A stretch of 64,000 nucleotides of DNA from an uncultured bacterium (GTDB lineage: Bacteria; Edwardsbacteria; AC1; EtOH8), in contig CAWAAX010000014.1 of assembly GCA_963780225.1 (NCBI GenBank), positions 58,326 through 122,325 on the forward strand, given 5' to 3'. Shown here piece by piece: positions 63,222 through 64,000 of the stretch (within the stretch, counting starts at the first letter, position 1; every line of letters begins with the position of its first letter). Position numbers and translations under genes: made by a program. Below the pieces are notes generated by a model, which saw only the letters and a program-made list of their open reading frames with translations, searched no databases and was not told where the DNA came from.

Positions 63222-64000
63222 CTACAAAGCCCCGGCAATTATCTTTTTTACCTCGTCCCGGGCCTCTTTGGGCTCGATGATCCTGGCCTCGGGGCCGTAC
63301 AACAGCACCCACCGGGCTATCCAGGCAAAGTTCTGGGCCATCAGGCTTAAGCTGGCCGAGCCGTCCCTGTTCTTCTTGGCGTCCGGGTTCCTTTCCAGTA
63401 TCCATCTGGCGATGGCCGGAGAGAACCACAGGGAAACCTTCTGCTCGCTGCCGGTGGGCTTGAAGATGTGGCCCTGGGCGAATTTGTTGACGTCGAAATT
63501 TTCCGGGATCCGGTATTTTTGCTTGAGCAGCCTGGCCTGCTTTATCCGGCTGATCTTGAAGGTCCTCTGTTCCCGGCTCTTGTGGCAGAAGGCCGCGGCA
63601 TACCAGGAGCCGTTGAACATCACGAAGCCGTAGGGCTCGATGATCCGGGTGGAGCTTTGTCCAGAGGAGCCGCTGTAGTATTCGATTTCCGTTTGGACAT
63701 TTTGCTGCCGGGCCTTGCGCAATGTTTCCAGGGCGCCGGGGTTGGTGGATTCCGGGGCCGCCGCCACTATCTTCTCGTCCAGGTGGTCCACCGCCAGACG
63801 GTCCTGGGGCAGCAGGGCCTGGTCGATCTTGGCTAAGATCCCCTTCACTGTTTTTCCGTATGGCCCGGAAGACCCGGCCAGCAGCGGCAGCAGAGACATC
63901 CTTAAGGCCATGGCCTCGTTCGGCAGCAGGTGGAGCGGCGCCGCAAACTGCTCGGTATAGGCCATCTCCAGCCGGCCCTGCTCGTCCACCGCCGCCATGA
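63222..64000 (-). CDS. WYL-domain transcriptional regulator (C-terminal portion; gene continues beyond the window end)
   Basis: WYL signature ...GFVMFNGSWYAAAFCHKSREQRTFKISRIKQARLL followed by a WCX-like C-terminal domain; the N-terminal HTH is expected beyond position 64000. Confidence 0.55.
   Translation of the reverse strand, partial: MAAVDEQGRLEMAYTEQFAAPLHLLPNEAMALRMSLLPLLAGSSGPYGKTVKGILAKIDQALLPQDRLAVDHLDEKIVAAAPESTNPGALETLRKARQQNVQTEIEYYSGSSGQSSTRIIEPYGFVMFNGSWYAAAFCHKSREQRTFKISRIKQARLLKQKYRIPENFDVNKFAQGHIFKPTGSEQKVSLWFSPAIARWILERNPDAKKNRDGSASLSLMAQNFAWIARWVLLYGPEARIIEPKEARDEVKKIIAGAL

Overview
This 64 kb window looks like bacterial chromosome from an FCB-group-like organism (Bacteroidota or a related candidate phylum). 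The evidence for that placement is type IX secretion (T9SS) C-terminal sorting domains on three secreted proteins, a PorV-like outer-membrane barrel, and an exbB-exbD-exbD-tonB cluster. The organism uses canonical sigma70 promoters (TTGACA-N17-TATAAT). Every CDS is on the minus strand; the only plus-strand genes are tRNA-Cys and tRNA-Leu.

Layout:
- 58..20966: a large Wzx/Wzy-type polysaccharide (EPS/O-antigen-like) locus. The distal part is lower in GC and carries two methyltransferases, three GT4 glycosyltransferases, a secreted PHP-domain protein with a T9SS tail, an APH-like kinase, two flippases, Wzy, Wzz and Wza. The proximal part is higher in GC and is a nucleotide-sugar operon (gmd, rmd-like, RmlC-like cupin, rfbB, UDP-sugar dehydrogenase).
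- 21087..21965: tRNA-Ser(GGA) embedded between two tandem-repeat arrays that contain fragments of the tRNA itself, which looks like an integration or recombination scar.
- 22055..38844: TldD, a secreted hypothetical protein, the tRNA-Cys/Leu/Gly cluster, sppA, ispG, a TPR lipoprotein, kdsB, pckA, a HAD hydrolase, rpmA, rplU, secG, tpiA, an SPFH protein and pyrC-pyrB-pyrR.
- 39130..40100: an AT-rich islet with a zinc-ribbon membrane protein plus an unannotated 56-aa ORF.
- 40161..57224: cyclophilin, tonB-exbD-exbD-exbB, a TPR lipoprotein, a PstS-like protein, a ProC-like Rossmann protein, an MFS transporter, hflX, secreted hypotheticals, miaB and an mtaB-like gene, and a PorV-like module.
- 57722..61025: a 23S-5S rRNA operon with its own consensus promoter and no 16S or spacer tRNAs upstream, so the rRNA genes are unlinked.
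- 61408..62983: a frameshifted T9SS cargo gene.
- 63222..64000: a partial WYL-domain regulator at the window edge.

Other observations:
- A GCCACAAAG / TTTGTGGCAA imperfect inverted-repeat element recurs upstream of four operons.
- Two tandem SD-preceded mini-ORFs (both starting MRKPII) are translationally coupled onto tpiA.
- A perfect 11-bp palindrome sits in the wza operon leader.
- An internal purine-rich repeat tract precedes rfbB.
- L21 carries a Lys/Ala-rich C-terminal extension.

Coordinates of RNA genes and small motifs may be off by 1-2 nt. No CRISPR array, integrase or transposase was recognised.
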